Shown here: piece by piece, positions 1-10,587 of the stretch
Position numbering within the stretch: position 1 is the stretch's first letter
Layout of the letters: every line of letters begins with the position of its first letter
NCBI GenBank assembly: GCA_951804945.1
Contig: OX638154.1
Location: 57,288,001 to 57,352,000, forward strand
Length of the DNA: 64,000 nt
Reading direction: 5' to 3'
Source of the DNA: Podarcis cretensis
Lineage: Eukaryota
Notes under the pieces: model-generated
What the model saw: only the letters and a program-made list of their open reading frames with translations
What the model was told of the DNA's origin: nothing
Databases searched by the model: none
Position numbers and translations under genes: made by a program

Positions 1-135
1 ATTGAGGGTGCCGGGCATACTTTCCTGGGGAGAGCATTTTGTAAGTAGGGAACCACCACTAAAAAGGCCTATTCTCATGTTGTCAGTCTACACCTCCCTC
101 AAGAGAGGGCACATAGAGGAAGACCTCAAATGATA
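1..135 (-). mobile_element. Degraded L2-type LINE fragment
   Basis: Reverse complement resembles the ggccttt(tc)agtggtgg-containing segment of the other L2-like copies in the window. Confidence 0.4.
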
Positions 136-1519
136 AATGCAGGGTCCAGGTTGGTCCAGGGAGAGTCCATTGTCAAGCTCCCAGAACTACATGGCCACAA
201 AGCAAAGGCTACAAAAACAAAATAAAAATAAATCTCTCTTGCTGAACAGTTTAGGGACAGATTTATCATTGCATCTATTTCTGACATCCAAGTGTGAGTG
301 CAGATGCTTGCATAGCCAAAACAGCTCCACAGCCCCACAAAAGGGAGGTATTTGCAGGCTCAGCTGAGTCCTAGGGTTCACCAAAGTACAACAAAACTGT
401 AGGAAAGGGCTGTGAGGTGGCCATGGAATGCAGACTATTTGTTTCATGGGGAAGAACCAGATAAGAAGGGGAAACAAATGGAATATTATGGAGAGGGGCA
501 TGGCTGCATCACCTGGAATAGTGAGCAGAACTGCGCACTGCAATGCTTTTTGTAGTTTCCAATTGTATATATGATCTGTAATTATGTACTTTTTTCTAGC
601 ACAAATCCAAGAGTTGCAAAGTGAGTCTTTAATAAGATTCCATTACCTCCTTTTCAGAGTGACCTATGCTGAGTTTCCAATTTTAAAATCCCCTCATGTT
701 GTGCTAACTTTAAATATAAGCATGAGCCTGAATAACGTCTAGTATATTTCTGCTGCTAGTTTCATGCTCAGGTTCTGCGGGGACTTTTTCATTGGTCACA
801 CTTTCAAATAATAATTATTTTTAATGGTGCATTCAAATAAGGACATAACCAGAACAGTTGTTAGTTTTGCATTATCTGGAGCGGGGGATGTTCAGGCAGT
901 CATTTGCAGATTTACCTGTTACCTGTCATAAGCATCATTTCCCTCTCCTGCTTTTATTGTTTTGCTTCCTCCTCTTCCTCCTCCTCTTTCTCCTCGTTGC
1001 AGTGACACCACTTTTATTTATTTATTTTGAACCTATTTTTCATTCATATCATTTCCCAAAGCAGGGCACAGTAAGATTCATATGATTTAAATAAGATTTA
1101 ACCACTTGTTAAAAAGGGTTAGGTTCCCAGATCTGTCACACTGTGATAGGAAGCTGATTTGAAAGCTTAGGAACTTCTATCCCAAATGCTTGTTTGGCAG
1201 AGGCCTCTCTAACCCAACAGATGCTGGGACTGCCCATTCGAGATGTGGCAAGTAACTGAAAAGAAAAGATCACAAAGGCAACTTTGCCTGTTCAATTACT
1301 TGAGAGGAAGCATGAGTCAAGCAGGGACTTGTTCATATCGAGCTAAAAGCAGGGGCCCATTGTCTTCCCCTTTTAGCTGCTGTCTCAATTTACCCGAGGC
1401 AGGAAAAAGAAGACTTGGTAGTTGAAGCAGCTCTAGCAGCTTAGTGGAATGGCCTTTTCTGCTAAGGAGGATGTTGGGACCGCACATCCCATCATTCCTA
1501 TAGGAAAGTGTTAAAAACG

Positions 1520-1760
1520 TGAGTGCTGCTGGATCAGACCAAAAGCCTGTCTAGTGCAGCATCCTCTTTTCCACAATGGCAAGATACCCACAAGCAGGAC
1601 AAGAGAGCAATAACCCTCTCCCACCATTGCTCCCTAGCAGCTTGTGTTCATAAGCATGCAGCTTCTGCTCTGGGAGGCCAGAGGTGGCTATAATTACTAG
1701 AATTCCAATTGTATAATTGGAAGGGACCTTGAAAATCATCTAGTCAAACTTCCTGTTCCA
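1520..1760 (-). mobile_element. Degraded CR1 LINE 3'-end fragments
   Basis: gctggatcagacca...tctagtgcagcatcct and ttggaagggaccttgaaaatcatctagtc; the second is the reverse complement of the CR1 3' end at 35.6 kb. Confidence 0.5.
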
Positions 1761-2285
1761 TGGTAGTTGGTAGTCTCAGTGCACTTCTTGGCAGGAAAGG
1801 AAGCTCTGCTGCCTTCACTTTCCTCTTCTTCTGACCTAGGAAATTTGAGAGGGTACTGGGGAGGGGCAAGGTAAGGTGCTCAAGCACCCATTCATGTTTG
1901 TGCAGCCTTGCTAGGAGTATATGCAAAAGGGCTCAAGCCCATTTGGGGGTAAACACAGTGGTCCTTGTGGAACCCTAGTTAACATTCCCAGATCTTAAAG
2001 GATGGCACCTAACTTAAGGAACTATCCTGAGCCTAGACTTTGAAGGTGTGCACCTTGAGTTTATCTTGGAAGCAATAATAAGTTAAGTAAGTAAGAAAGT
2101 AGTACATGCCCCTTGCAGCTAATGTAAGATATTAATCTGGCTGCTCCATTTTGGACTAGCTGTAATTTCTCAGTAGCCTTCAAGGGCAGTCCCTTGTAGA
2201 GCATGTTTCACACAATACATTTGTGTCATCTTTAAAATTGGCACAAGCCCCTCTATTTGTTTAAGCAAGTGTAGGGAAACAAATA

Positions 2286-2526
2286 CAGTCATATCTCGAG
2301 TTGAATGTGCTTTGGGTTGAGCGCATTTGAGTTGCGCTCCGTGGCAACCCGGAAGTAACGGAGCACGTTATTTCTGGGTTTTGCCACATGCGCAGATGCT
2401 CAAAATGATGTCACACGCATGCGTGGAAGCGGCGACATGCTCAGACGCGCCGTCGCGTCTTGCGTTCCATTCGGGATGCGAACGGGGCTCTGGAACAGAT
2501 CCCGTTCGCATCCCGAGGTACCACTG
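2286..2526. mobile_element. Tc1/mariner (Tigger-like) MITE, 241 bp
   Basis: ta|cagtcatatctcg ... cgaggtaccactg|ta: TA target duplication, imperfect TIRs, internal hairpins. Confidence 0.8.
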
Positions 2527-2800
2527 TATTTTATTTAGTGACCCTCACATTAACCATTAACTGTTAACTTGTAATTTATTCAAATGTCTCAAAGGGCACA
2601 TAAATTGGGCCAGGAAGAGCTTACCGATATCTCTGATTTTTACTATGTGATAAAGAACTCAGAGGAAATGTTTTCTAGTAATGAAAGTAGCTGTTACATT
2701 TGCCATTCCATCTCTGGCAGCAAAATCTTTTGGGCCAACCCTAGTTGTTTACCATATACATATTTAGCCAGGTTTATAGAGTTCAGGTTAGATACTTCCC

Positions 2801-2847
2801 CTTCCTTCCTTCCTTCCTTCCTTCCTTCCTTCCTTCCTTCCTTCCTT
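2801..2847. repeat. (CTTC)n microsatellite
   Basis: Direct reading; it explains the PSFL repeats in ORFs 2584 and 2745. Confidence 0.95.
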
Positions 2848-2864
2848 ACTTCCTGGTTCCCAAG

Positions 2865-3339
2865 TGTAATATCAGGATTGTGTGGCTTGTTAGCAAAATT
2901 TGTAGGTTTGCTGTAGTTGGATGGGGGTGTTTGAACTGTAGGAGAGTCACTCTGAGTGAGTCCACTTCAGACTGAGGTGAAAATTCTAAGGGTGTTGGTA
3001 GTTGAAGAATAGACAGATCAGTGGGGTTGCCTTTCGGGTCTGGAGACTGATCAGACTTCATCCAAAGGAGAAGGGTGTCTTGTGTGGTTCAGATAGCCAC
3101 CTGGCCTTTCTGATAGACTGAGGAAACCTTTTGAGATTAGGTCCCCTACAGTTAAAATGGAACATTGCTGTTTAGACATTGAACATTGCTGAACATTGCT
3201 GTTCAGATGAGCACTTGTTATTATTAGCCAACAGAAATAAATGACTTGCAGTCTGGACAGGCCTCTTCACCAATGGACTTTTGGGGTTCCAAAATGTGTC
3301 TGGCTTCTGTCAAAGAGAGAAGTGACTTTTGGGGTTACA
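2865..3339 (+). mobile_element. Probable solo LTR
   Basis: TGTAAT...GTTACA ends, AATAAA about 100 nt before the 3' end; flanks ccaag/ttgag are only a degenerate 5-bp TSD. Confidence 0.4.
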
Positions 3340-3799
3340 TTGAGCATCTAGAGGAAATACAAGTTCTGCATTTTAGAAGATTATTAATAGCATTCAAATG
3401 GGACCCATATGACATACCACCTTAATTTCTATTCAGCCCAACCCCTTAAAAAAGCACAGCAAATACAGTAAGCCCCAAACCTATTGGTTTAGATACAAAT
3501 ATAAATTGCAACATCTACACTGAATGGATAAACAAAAGTAACATCATGAAACTGAGCAAGATTGAAAGCAACAGGCTCTTTCCATGAAAAACCCCCGAAA
3601 TGATTTAAATAAATCTTAATATACAAATATGTTCCTGCAAGTTGGGTGTATATCATTGACATTCAGGGTGAACATGGACTATAAAGCCTTCATTAAAAGA
3701 CAAAGGCCCCCAAACAATGCTGATAGGTTTTAGATTTGATCTATTTTCATCCTTAATTTCCTGGCAGTTAGAGACTTAAAGCAGTTTGCCACCTGGTTA

Positions 3800-4030
3800 C
3801 CTAAGGAGAGCCTACATCCATTGCTCCCTGCCTGTAATCTAAGATCTGCATTAGAGGTCTTGCCATGTGTGCCTATTGTGAAATCAGCATGGTCGATGAG
3901 CACACAAGACAGGGCTTTCTCAGTGGTGGCTCCACTTTATGGAACTCTCTTCCAGTTAACATTTACTTGGTCCACTGAGTTTTGGTATTCAATAAAGCCT
4001 TTAGATCTTATCTTTTTACTATTGCCTTTC
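3800..4030 (+). mobile_element. Degraded L2-type LINE fragment
   Basis: gacagggctttctcagtggtggctccactttatggaactctct motif shared with 28.5, 48.4 and 51.0 kb. Confidence 0.55.
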
Positions 4031-5013
4031 TTTAAAAGAGTTTAGGTCAGAGGTAGCCTATTTTGTGTCGCTGTTTAGGACTGCAACTCTCAGCCATAGC
4101 CAGCATGGCCAGTGGTCAGGGATAATGCTGCAGTCCACAGCATCTGGAGGGCACTGTGTTGGTTACCACTTGTTTAGGTGCTTTAACAGTTTCTTTCATG
4201 AATCAATTTGCTGCCTCCACTCAAAACTTCCTATTTTGTCTGATATTCTAGTTTTTTTTAAAAAAAAAATTCTCTTGTATCTCTCACTTTGTGATAGCTT
4301 GACCCTGAAACGCAATTAATAACTGGAATAAATGCATACATGTTTGAAAGCTTTCATTTGCCTCTCAGAGGCAAGCTTTCATTTCCCTCATTTGCCCCAA
4401 TCAGCCATTGCCTCCTTTTTAGAGAAATAAATGGCCCATACGAAGATAGCAACAATTCGGAGTGGATGCACACTCCACTTTCTGAGTGCACCTTGAAGCT
4501 CAGTTAAAACATTGCTTATTTGCAAAACACCAGAAAATGCAGGAGGAGAATTGATGATGTGTATGTTGGAATAGGTGGCAGCTTGAGATATGCAGAATTC
4601 CAGAATAAGTTCAGAAGCACATCCCTTTACTGGTGAGTTGGACTAACCAGTTGCCATTACACATTTATTGCTACTTAAGTACATGTAGGAATATTGCAGA
4701 AGACTGCAACAAGCTAGCCCAAGAACATCAGTTTCTTGAAACATAGTCAGCAAGGGATGTGTGCAAGAAAGCAGGTTTCGGTTCATGCAAAGGTAGATAC
4801 AGATTTACATCTGGATACACATCTGCACTGCAAAAAATCAGAGCCTGCCAAATATTTGAGGGGGGGCAGGGCATGCTTCCCCCTGGATTTTCCTCCCTGC
4901 AGTACCCTGATGCTCCCCACAACCTACTGGGGGGCAGGATGGATGTTGTTGAGTAGCAGCACTGGGAATGGATGGCTGGGAGCAGGCTGGCAATGAGAAC
5001 AGAAGCACTAGAC

Positions 5014-5149
5014 CAGTGATGGCCAAACTTGGCCCTCCAGCTGTTTTGGGACTACAACTCCCATCATCCCTAGCTAACAGGACCAGTGGTCAGGGATGAT
5101 GGGAGTTGTAGTCCCAAAACAGCTGCAGGGCCAAGTTTGGCCATCACTG
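5014..5149. mobile_element. Palindromic hAT (Charlie-like) MITE, 136 bp
   Basis: 58-bp arms with one mismatch (cagtgatggccaaacttggccct...agggccaagtttggccatcactg); 8-bp flanks cactagac/cactaggt. Confidence 0.88.
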
Positions 5150-5174
5150 CACTAGGTGAATCAGCAGTAACAGC

Positions 5175-5289
5175 CATGGGTGTAGCCAAGGGGGGGCTGC
5201 TGCCCCTCTAAATCAGTAAAATACAAATCTGAGGTTCTGCTCTCCAACAAAAGCCTACACCCCTAACGAAAATCCGCGCTACACCTATG
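5175..5289. mobile_element. Short hAT-type MITE
   Basis: TIRs catgggtgtagc / gctacacctatg; 8-bp flanks gtaacagc/gtagcacc (6/8 match). Confidence 0.65.
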
Positions 5290-5383
5290 GTAGCACCACT
5301 GTCTTAATTGCCCTCAAAAGCTTTGTTGGGGCCCAGAGTCACCAGTCATTTAAAAATGTATTGGGGTGGGAGTAGCCAACTAA

Positions 5384-5561
5384 GCAGTTCCACTAGTCAG
5401 TGTTTTAGCTGTACAGCGGAACTTCCTGCCCTCTTTTCTCTTTGCACACACTGTAAATCTGCTCTGGAGGATTGGGAAAACAGATTTAAGGGATAGAACA
5501 GATTTAAGGGGTACAAGGAAGTTCCACTACACAGCTAAAACTCATTCAACTGGCAGAACTG
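5384..5561. repeat. Old inverted-repeat (MITE-like) element
   Basis: gttttagctgtacagcggaacttcct pairs with aggaagttccactacacagctaaaac; internal aacagatttaaggg duplication. Confidence 0.55.
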
Positions 5562-7613
5562 TTTACTTGTATTTGGGCCATATTATTTTAAGGAGGAGGT
5601 TGATGTAAGCAAATATCACACTGAACTGTGACTAGTTGAGTCTTTGTATGTAAATATGGATGCATGTTCCTGTCTGTGTCCAGCACACTGAAATGGTGCT
5701 CTTATCACAATACTTGTTTGTAAACTGTTTTGAGTAAAAACACATTTCGAAAGTTATGATACATAATTTTATTAGAAATTAAAAGAAGTAGTTGTGCAGA
5801 ACTAGTGGTGTGCAAGTAGAGCTGGACTGCAGCCCAGATCTAACATGCCAAACTGTTGCCTTGATAAAAATTATAAACAAACCTGAAGTATATGGGAATA
5901 CACTATATTATACTTATATCCTCGTTGTGCCTTCAAAAGCCCCATCAAACACAAGGAAGGGTACGCTGTTCATCCCTGGACTACTTAGTGTTTGATCTTT
6001 GAAAAAAGACATTATTTCTCTTAGTTATGGAGAGGAATCAAAGAACAACCATGGACTCTTCCAAGACAAAGGTAAACTAGATTTTAGTAGAAACTTCAGT
6101 GTAACTGCAAATTTATTTAATGTTTCTAATGTCACTGAAAAAGTACAATTTATGAAAGCTGTCGTCCTGTTCTGCTACATCTTTCTTTTTTTTTAAGGCG
6201 GTTCCATAAAAACTCACCCCCATTAAATGTAAAGAGTGTAGGCGAAGAGAATACAGAGGAGACATTTGGGTTTTGCATAACCTCTAATATCAGTTTAAAC
6301 AGCAATGTCAAAATGAGCAGGTACATCGGAGGCAGCACTTGCTGCTGCCAGGGAGCCTCCTGCTTTCCCCATCATACTGAATGGGATAATAGACACAAAA
6401 AGGAACACTTTGTTACAAGTTTCCATTAATTGACAACAATAATGCCTTAAGATTTAATACTAATGCATTCAAGACATTAATGATAATCCATTAATATGAG
6501 GGACCTGACAATGTAAAAGTGGAATCAAAGATATGATCCACCGTAACAATGTAACAGTTGGGTGGGGATAACAGCTTGCATATTGAATATAAAGGGCTGG
6601 TGAATTGATATCAGCAAAGAAAATGTGACTAATACGGTGGCTTTGAAACAGAGAAAAAATGGGCACATATAAAATTGTCTTTAAATACTATTGCTACATG
6701 AACAACAAGCAGCATTATGGGCCCATATTTTTGATTACAGAGGTTTGTGTTCCTAAAAATCCAAATGTTAGGAATAAACCAATCGTTAGCAATATTTTAT
6801 TTCAATAGGAAGATATGCATTCTTGCAGTCCTCCAAGACAATGCCTCATAGACTCAAAAGTGAACAGCAGGTGGAATTAATTTTACATGGAGAAAATTGC
6901 AACCGAATTGGCACAACAGAAGCCTACAGCCAATTTCATGCTGGATGTATACATTCACTAACCAACCAACCAACCAACCAACCAACCACACAGCATAAAC
7001 ATATCCACAAATTCAGATCAAGTTGTGGAAGAGTATAGTATAAAACTCGAACTGCTATTCCTGTCAATCATTTGGGTGCATTTGCGACTTGATTATGAGA
7101 TCATGCGAGATGAAAAGAAATAAGTAAACAAATGTTGATGTTGAGATGGGTAAAATGGAAGCATGGTATAAAATACGTCACAGGAAGATTAAACTACATT
7201 TAATAAATTAATAGGGAAGTGAAAATGTGTAGCCAAAATATAAGAAATAAAGCTGAAGAAGATAAAAACAGCACAATGACCTCACAAATGAAACTTATTA
7301 TATAAGATAAAGGTAATTTTAAAAATATTCTATACAATGATCTGGTTTCCACATCACATTAAACCATACATAAAAATGAACATGCAGTGTGCTGGTGCAT
7401 AGCACTGGAAAATTCTCCTCTGATTCTGCTAGAAAACAAGCCAGAATTTAGAGGAAAAACAAACTGTGAACCTAGGTTTGGATGTCACAGCAAGTCAGAC
7501 TCTGGCTTGTTTCGTAGTGGCACGGCAGCAGCAGGAGCAGGGGAGGAACAGAGCAAGAACTTTTGAGCACCATGCACTAGCATGCGGCATGTTCACATTA
7601 AACCATTAATGTG

Positions 7614-9255
7614 TGGGACTTCCGGGTTGGCGCCATCGCCGAATGGCGGACTCCCTCCGAGCTCCGGAGGGAGTCTGCTCGGCAGGGGCTGGGTTCTACC
7701 GCGCCGGCGACGCGGGGACCCTCAAAAACCATGGGCGCTGAAACCCATGGGCATGGTGACTCGGCTGGCACCGTTTGCGCCCCCCCGACCACGCGAAGGA
7801 GCCTTTTTAAAGGCTGCGGAGCGGGTGACAGGGGGGGGTGGTGCTGTGAGTCCTCCGCTTCCCCTGCCGAGCGAAGCCGCATGCCATTTGGCGGAGAGCG
7901 CTGACTTCTTCCATTGAAAATCTGGACTTAAAAGAACAACCCGTGAGTAATTGGAACTTGGATTAAAAAGGGGAATAAATTTTTTCTTAAATTCGGAGCG
8001 AGCGGGGGAGGTATAAAAAGGAAGTCAACCTCCCCCCTGTTGTAGAGGAGCTAAAGCAAAGGACCTGACAACTAAGATCGAGCGCAACCTTTTCTTTTGA
8101 TAAAGATATTAATTTCGCGATGGAAAATTATAAGCTGGACTGGAGGAGAAGAGTGGAATGTGAATTAAAATACAACCCCCCCCCCGGAAGCCCCGGGAGC
8201 GATCCGTGAGAGCGCCTGGAGAGGAGAAATAGAGGTTTTGACAGCTGTCAAAGGAGCTGCCAAAACTGAAGAACAAAAAGAGAACTTTGTTACGAGGACT
8301 TTGCTGGTTACATTTGTTATAAATTGGATATAAACTGTTTAAAACAAGGAATAATAAGTTACTTTGACTGGTGGGTGAGATCGGGAATGAAATTGAGTTA
8401 CTATAATCCCTCTAGAGGAGCTGTGGGTTATTACAAGTATCGCTGGCATGGAATTTGAATCGGACATTTTATCTCCTGGGAAACTGCAGAAATGGAACAC
8501 TATTTTGTCTACAGAGGTCTACACACTAAAGGAGACAATAGATTTATCTATTGAAGAATGGAAGGGACTTGACGTAATGTTTTGTTCCTGAATAACAAAG
8601 CCTCTGTAGAGGAATTACAAGCTTTTTGGAATTAGAACATTTGTGCAGGAGAGCAGGGGGGAAAAAAGAAAAAAAAAAGAGGAGAAGAGAGAACATCAAG
8701 AACAACAAGAAAAACAAGAACTGGACAAAGTTGGAAGATAGACCCTTTCTAAGATTGGACATTTAAAATTAAAGATGATTAAAAGACGGTAAAGATTATT
8801 AAAAAGACGGCAAAGCGGACTGGTGAAGGATTATGGCTTAGATTATGGTTCAGATGTGGGAGCTCCAGGAGACAGTGGATTTGATAGACATTGGGAACGC
8901 AACCGGGAAAGGGGTGAGGGAAATTTGGAATCCAAAGGGTGTTAAATTATATTTCATTCTTTTTTTAATTCTTTTATGTTAATCTGTATCTTATATTAAA
9001 GAGGGGAACTCGTGGAAGGGAACAGGTCGATTTTAGGGGATGGGAAAATATTTTTTAAATTGGGTTAATGATAATAATTTTAAAATTTGGGGTAAGAATT
9101 TGTTGAATCTATTTGAAAGAATTGGAATACAAGAGGGGGTGGGGAGGGGGAAGTCCTGGAAAGATGATATTGAAAATAAGGCCTTAAATTTGGATGTTTT
9201 TCTTTTTTTTGTTATATTTGAAAATCGTTAATAAATATTATTTTTTTAAAAAAAA
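7614..9255 (+). mobile_element. Non-autonomous L1-type retroposon, about 1.64 kb
   Basis: 14-bp TSD aaaccattaatgtg (7600-7613 and 9256-9269), TT|AAA target, CpG-rich 5' end starting gggacttccggg, AATAAA at 9230-9235, A-tail, no long ORF. Confidence 0.8.
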
Positions 9256-9808
9256 AAACCATTAATGTGATGTGAAAACCATCCTAATGCATATCAATAT
9301 TTTAGCAAGCCCACTCATTAGAAGTATGGTTGACAACAATCTAAATGAACATTTGCAGATGAATGCTAATTAAGGTCACAATTCAGAATCCACTTTCTTC
9401 AGAGAGAATTTTGATGCAGAAACAAGTGGTAGACCACAGTTCCATTCATTTCATTGGAAGGGTTAAGCATGACCTTAACTGTCTCTAATTAAACTGCATG
9501 GGGCTTTTAACTTGAAGTAGATTTCATTCTTCCTACTTATGTATGGAATTTGTTTTTTACATTTCTTCTGTTTGCAACTTGTATAGCTTTTCAATTAAGG
9601 TAAGAAGCTGGATCTTTCCAATACATTCCATATTGTCTAATGTTGAGTTTCATGTACTGTAGATTGGGGGGGGGCATGAAATAGTGTGACATGAATACAT
9701 CACTGTATGTCCTGTGTGCATTCACTAATGTAATTGTTTTAGAAGACTCCCCCATCCACATTTTACATTTTGCATTTTTGGTAAAAAATAATATATCGGC
9801 TTTTTTTA

Positions 9809-10172
9809 GGGACGCAGGTGGCGCTGTGGGTTAAAGCCTCAGCGCCTAGGACTTGCCGATCGAAAGGTCGGCGGTTCGAATCCCTGCGGCGGGGTGCGCT
9901 CCCGCTGCTCGGTCCCAGCGCCTGCCAACCTAGCAGTTCGAAAGCACCTCCGGGTGCAAGTAGATAAATAGGGACCGCTTACCAGCGGGAAGGTAAACGG
10001 CGTTTCCGTGTGCGGCTCTGGCTCGCCAGAGCAGCGATGTCACGCTGGCCACGTGACCCGGAAGTGTCTCCGGACAGCGCTGGCCCCTGGCCTCTTAAGT
10101 GAGATGGGTGCACAACCCCAGAGTCTGTCAAGACTGGCCCGTACGGGCAGGGGTACCTTTACCTTTACCTTT
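9809..10172 (+). mobile_element. Sauria SINE, full length, young
   Basis: tRNA-derived head with A box tggcgctgtgg and B box ggttcgaatcc, (ACCTTT)3 tail, 15-bp TSD taatatatcggcttt (9789-9803 and 10173-10187). Confidence 0.93.
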
Positions 10173-10581
10173 TAATATATCGGCTTTACTAGCCACCTAA
10201 TAATCATACACTAATTTCATATATCCAACATTCTGAAAAGCAGAACACCACTGACAATGTTTATACGTTTGTTTCTGATTCATATTAAATCTTCATACTT
10301 GGATACAATCTTGAGTTATATGCAGAAAAAACCAATGATCTGTTTAGTAGCTGATGTTTCTGTGGTGCTCTCAAATGCTATACCCTACACCTAGATTTTT
10401 GTTGCTTTTTTAAAAAACAAAAAGCTTATAAAATTATTTTGATACAATTTTAGGCAGCAGGTATAGTTGCGTTGGTTTGTATAATTCAGGCTTCAGAACC
10501 AGTTCCCTGGGTACACATTACTCAGGATCAATAATGAAAATGCAATGAGGAAGATTTCTTAATACACTGTAATTTTACATT

Positions 10582-10587
10582 TTTATT
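10582..10587 (-). terminator. Candidate distal poly(A) signal AATAAA for FAF1
   Basis: tttatt on the + strand, about 1.0 kb after the stop; preceded on the mRNA strand by U-rich tracts. Confidence 0.5.

Noticed and set aside
1-6200. DMRTA2 coding sequence
   Set aside because: No DM-domain or GC-rich coding exon is visible; if synteny holds it lies outside the window to the left.
7614-7760. HDV-like ribozyme at the retroposon 5' end
   Set aside because: I could not thread a P1/P1.1/P2/P3/P4 double pseudoknot by eye; only simple hairpins are evident.
7582-7917. Overlapping 94-111 aa GC-rich ORFs
   Set aside because: They result from stop-codon scarcity in the CpG-rich 5' end of the retroposon; two start in or before the TSD.
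9809-9900. tRNA gene (A and B boxes)
   Set aside because: This is the tRNA-derived head of a SINE; there is no cloverleaf acceptor stem, and the SINE body and tail follow.
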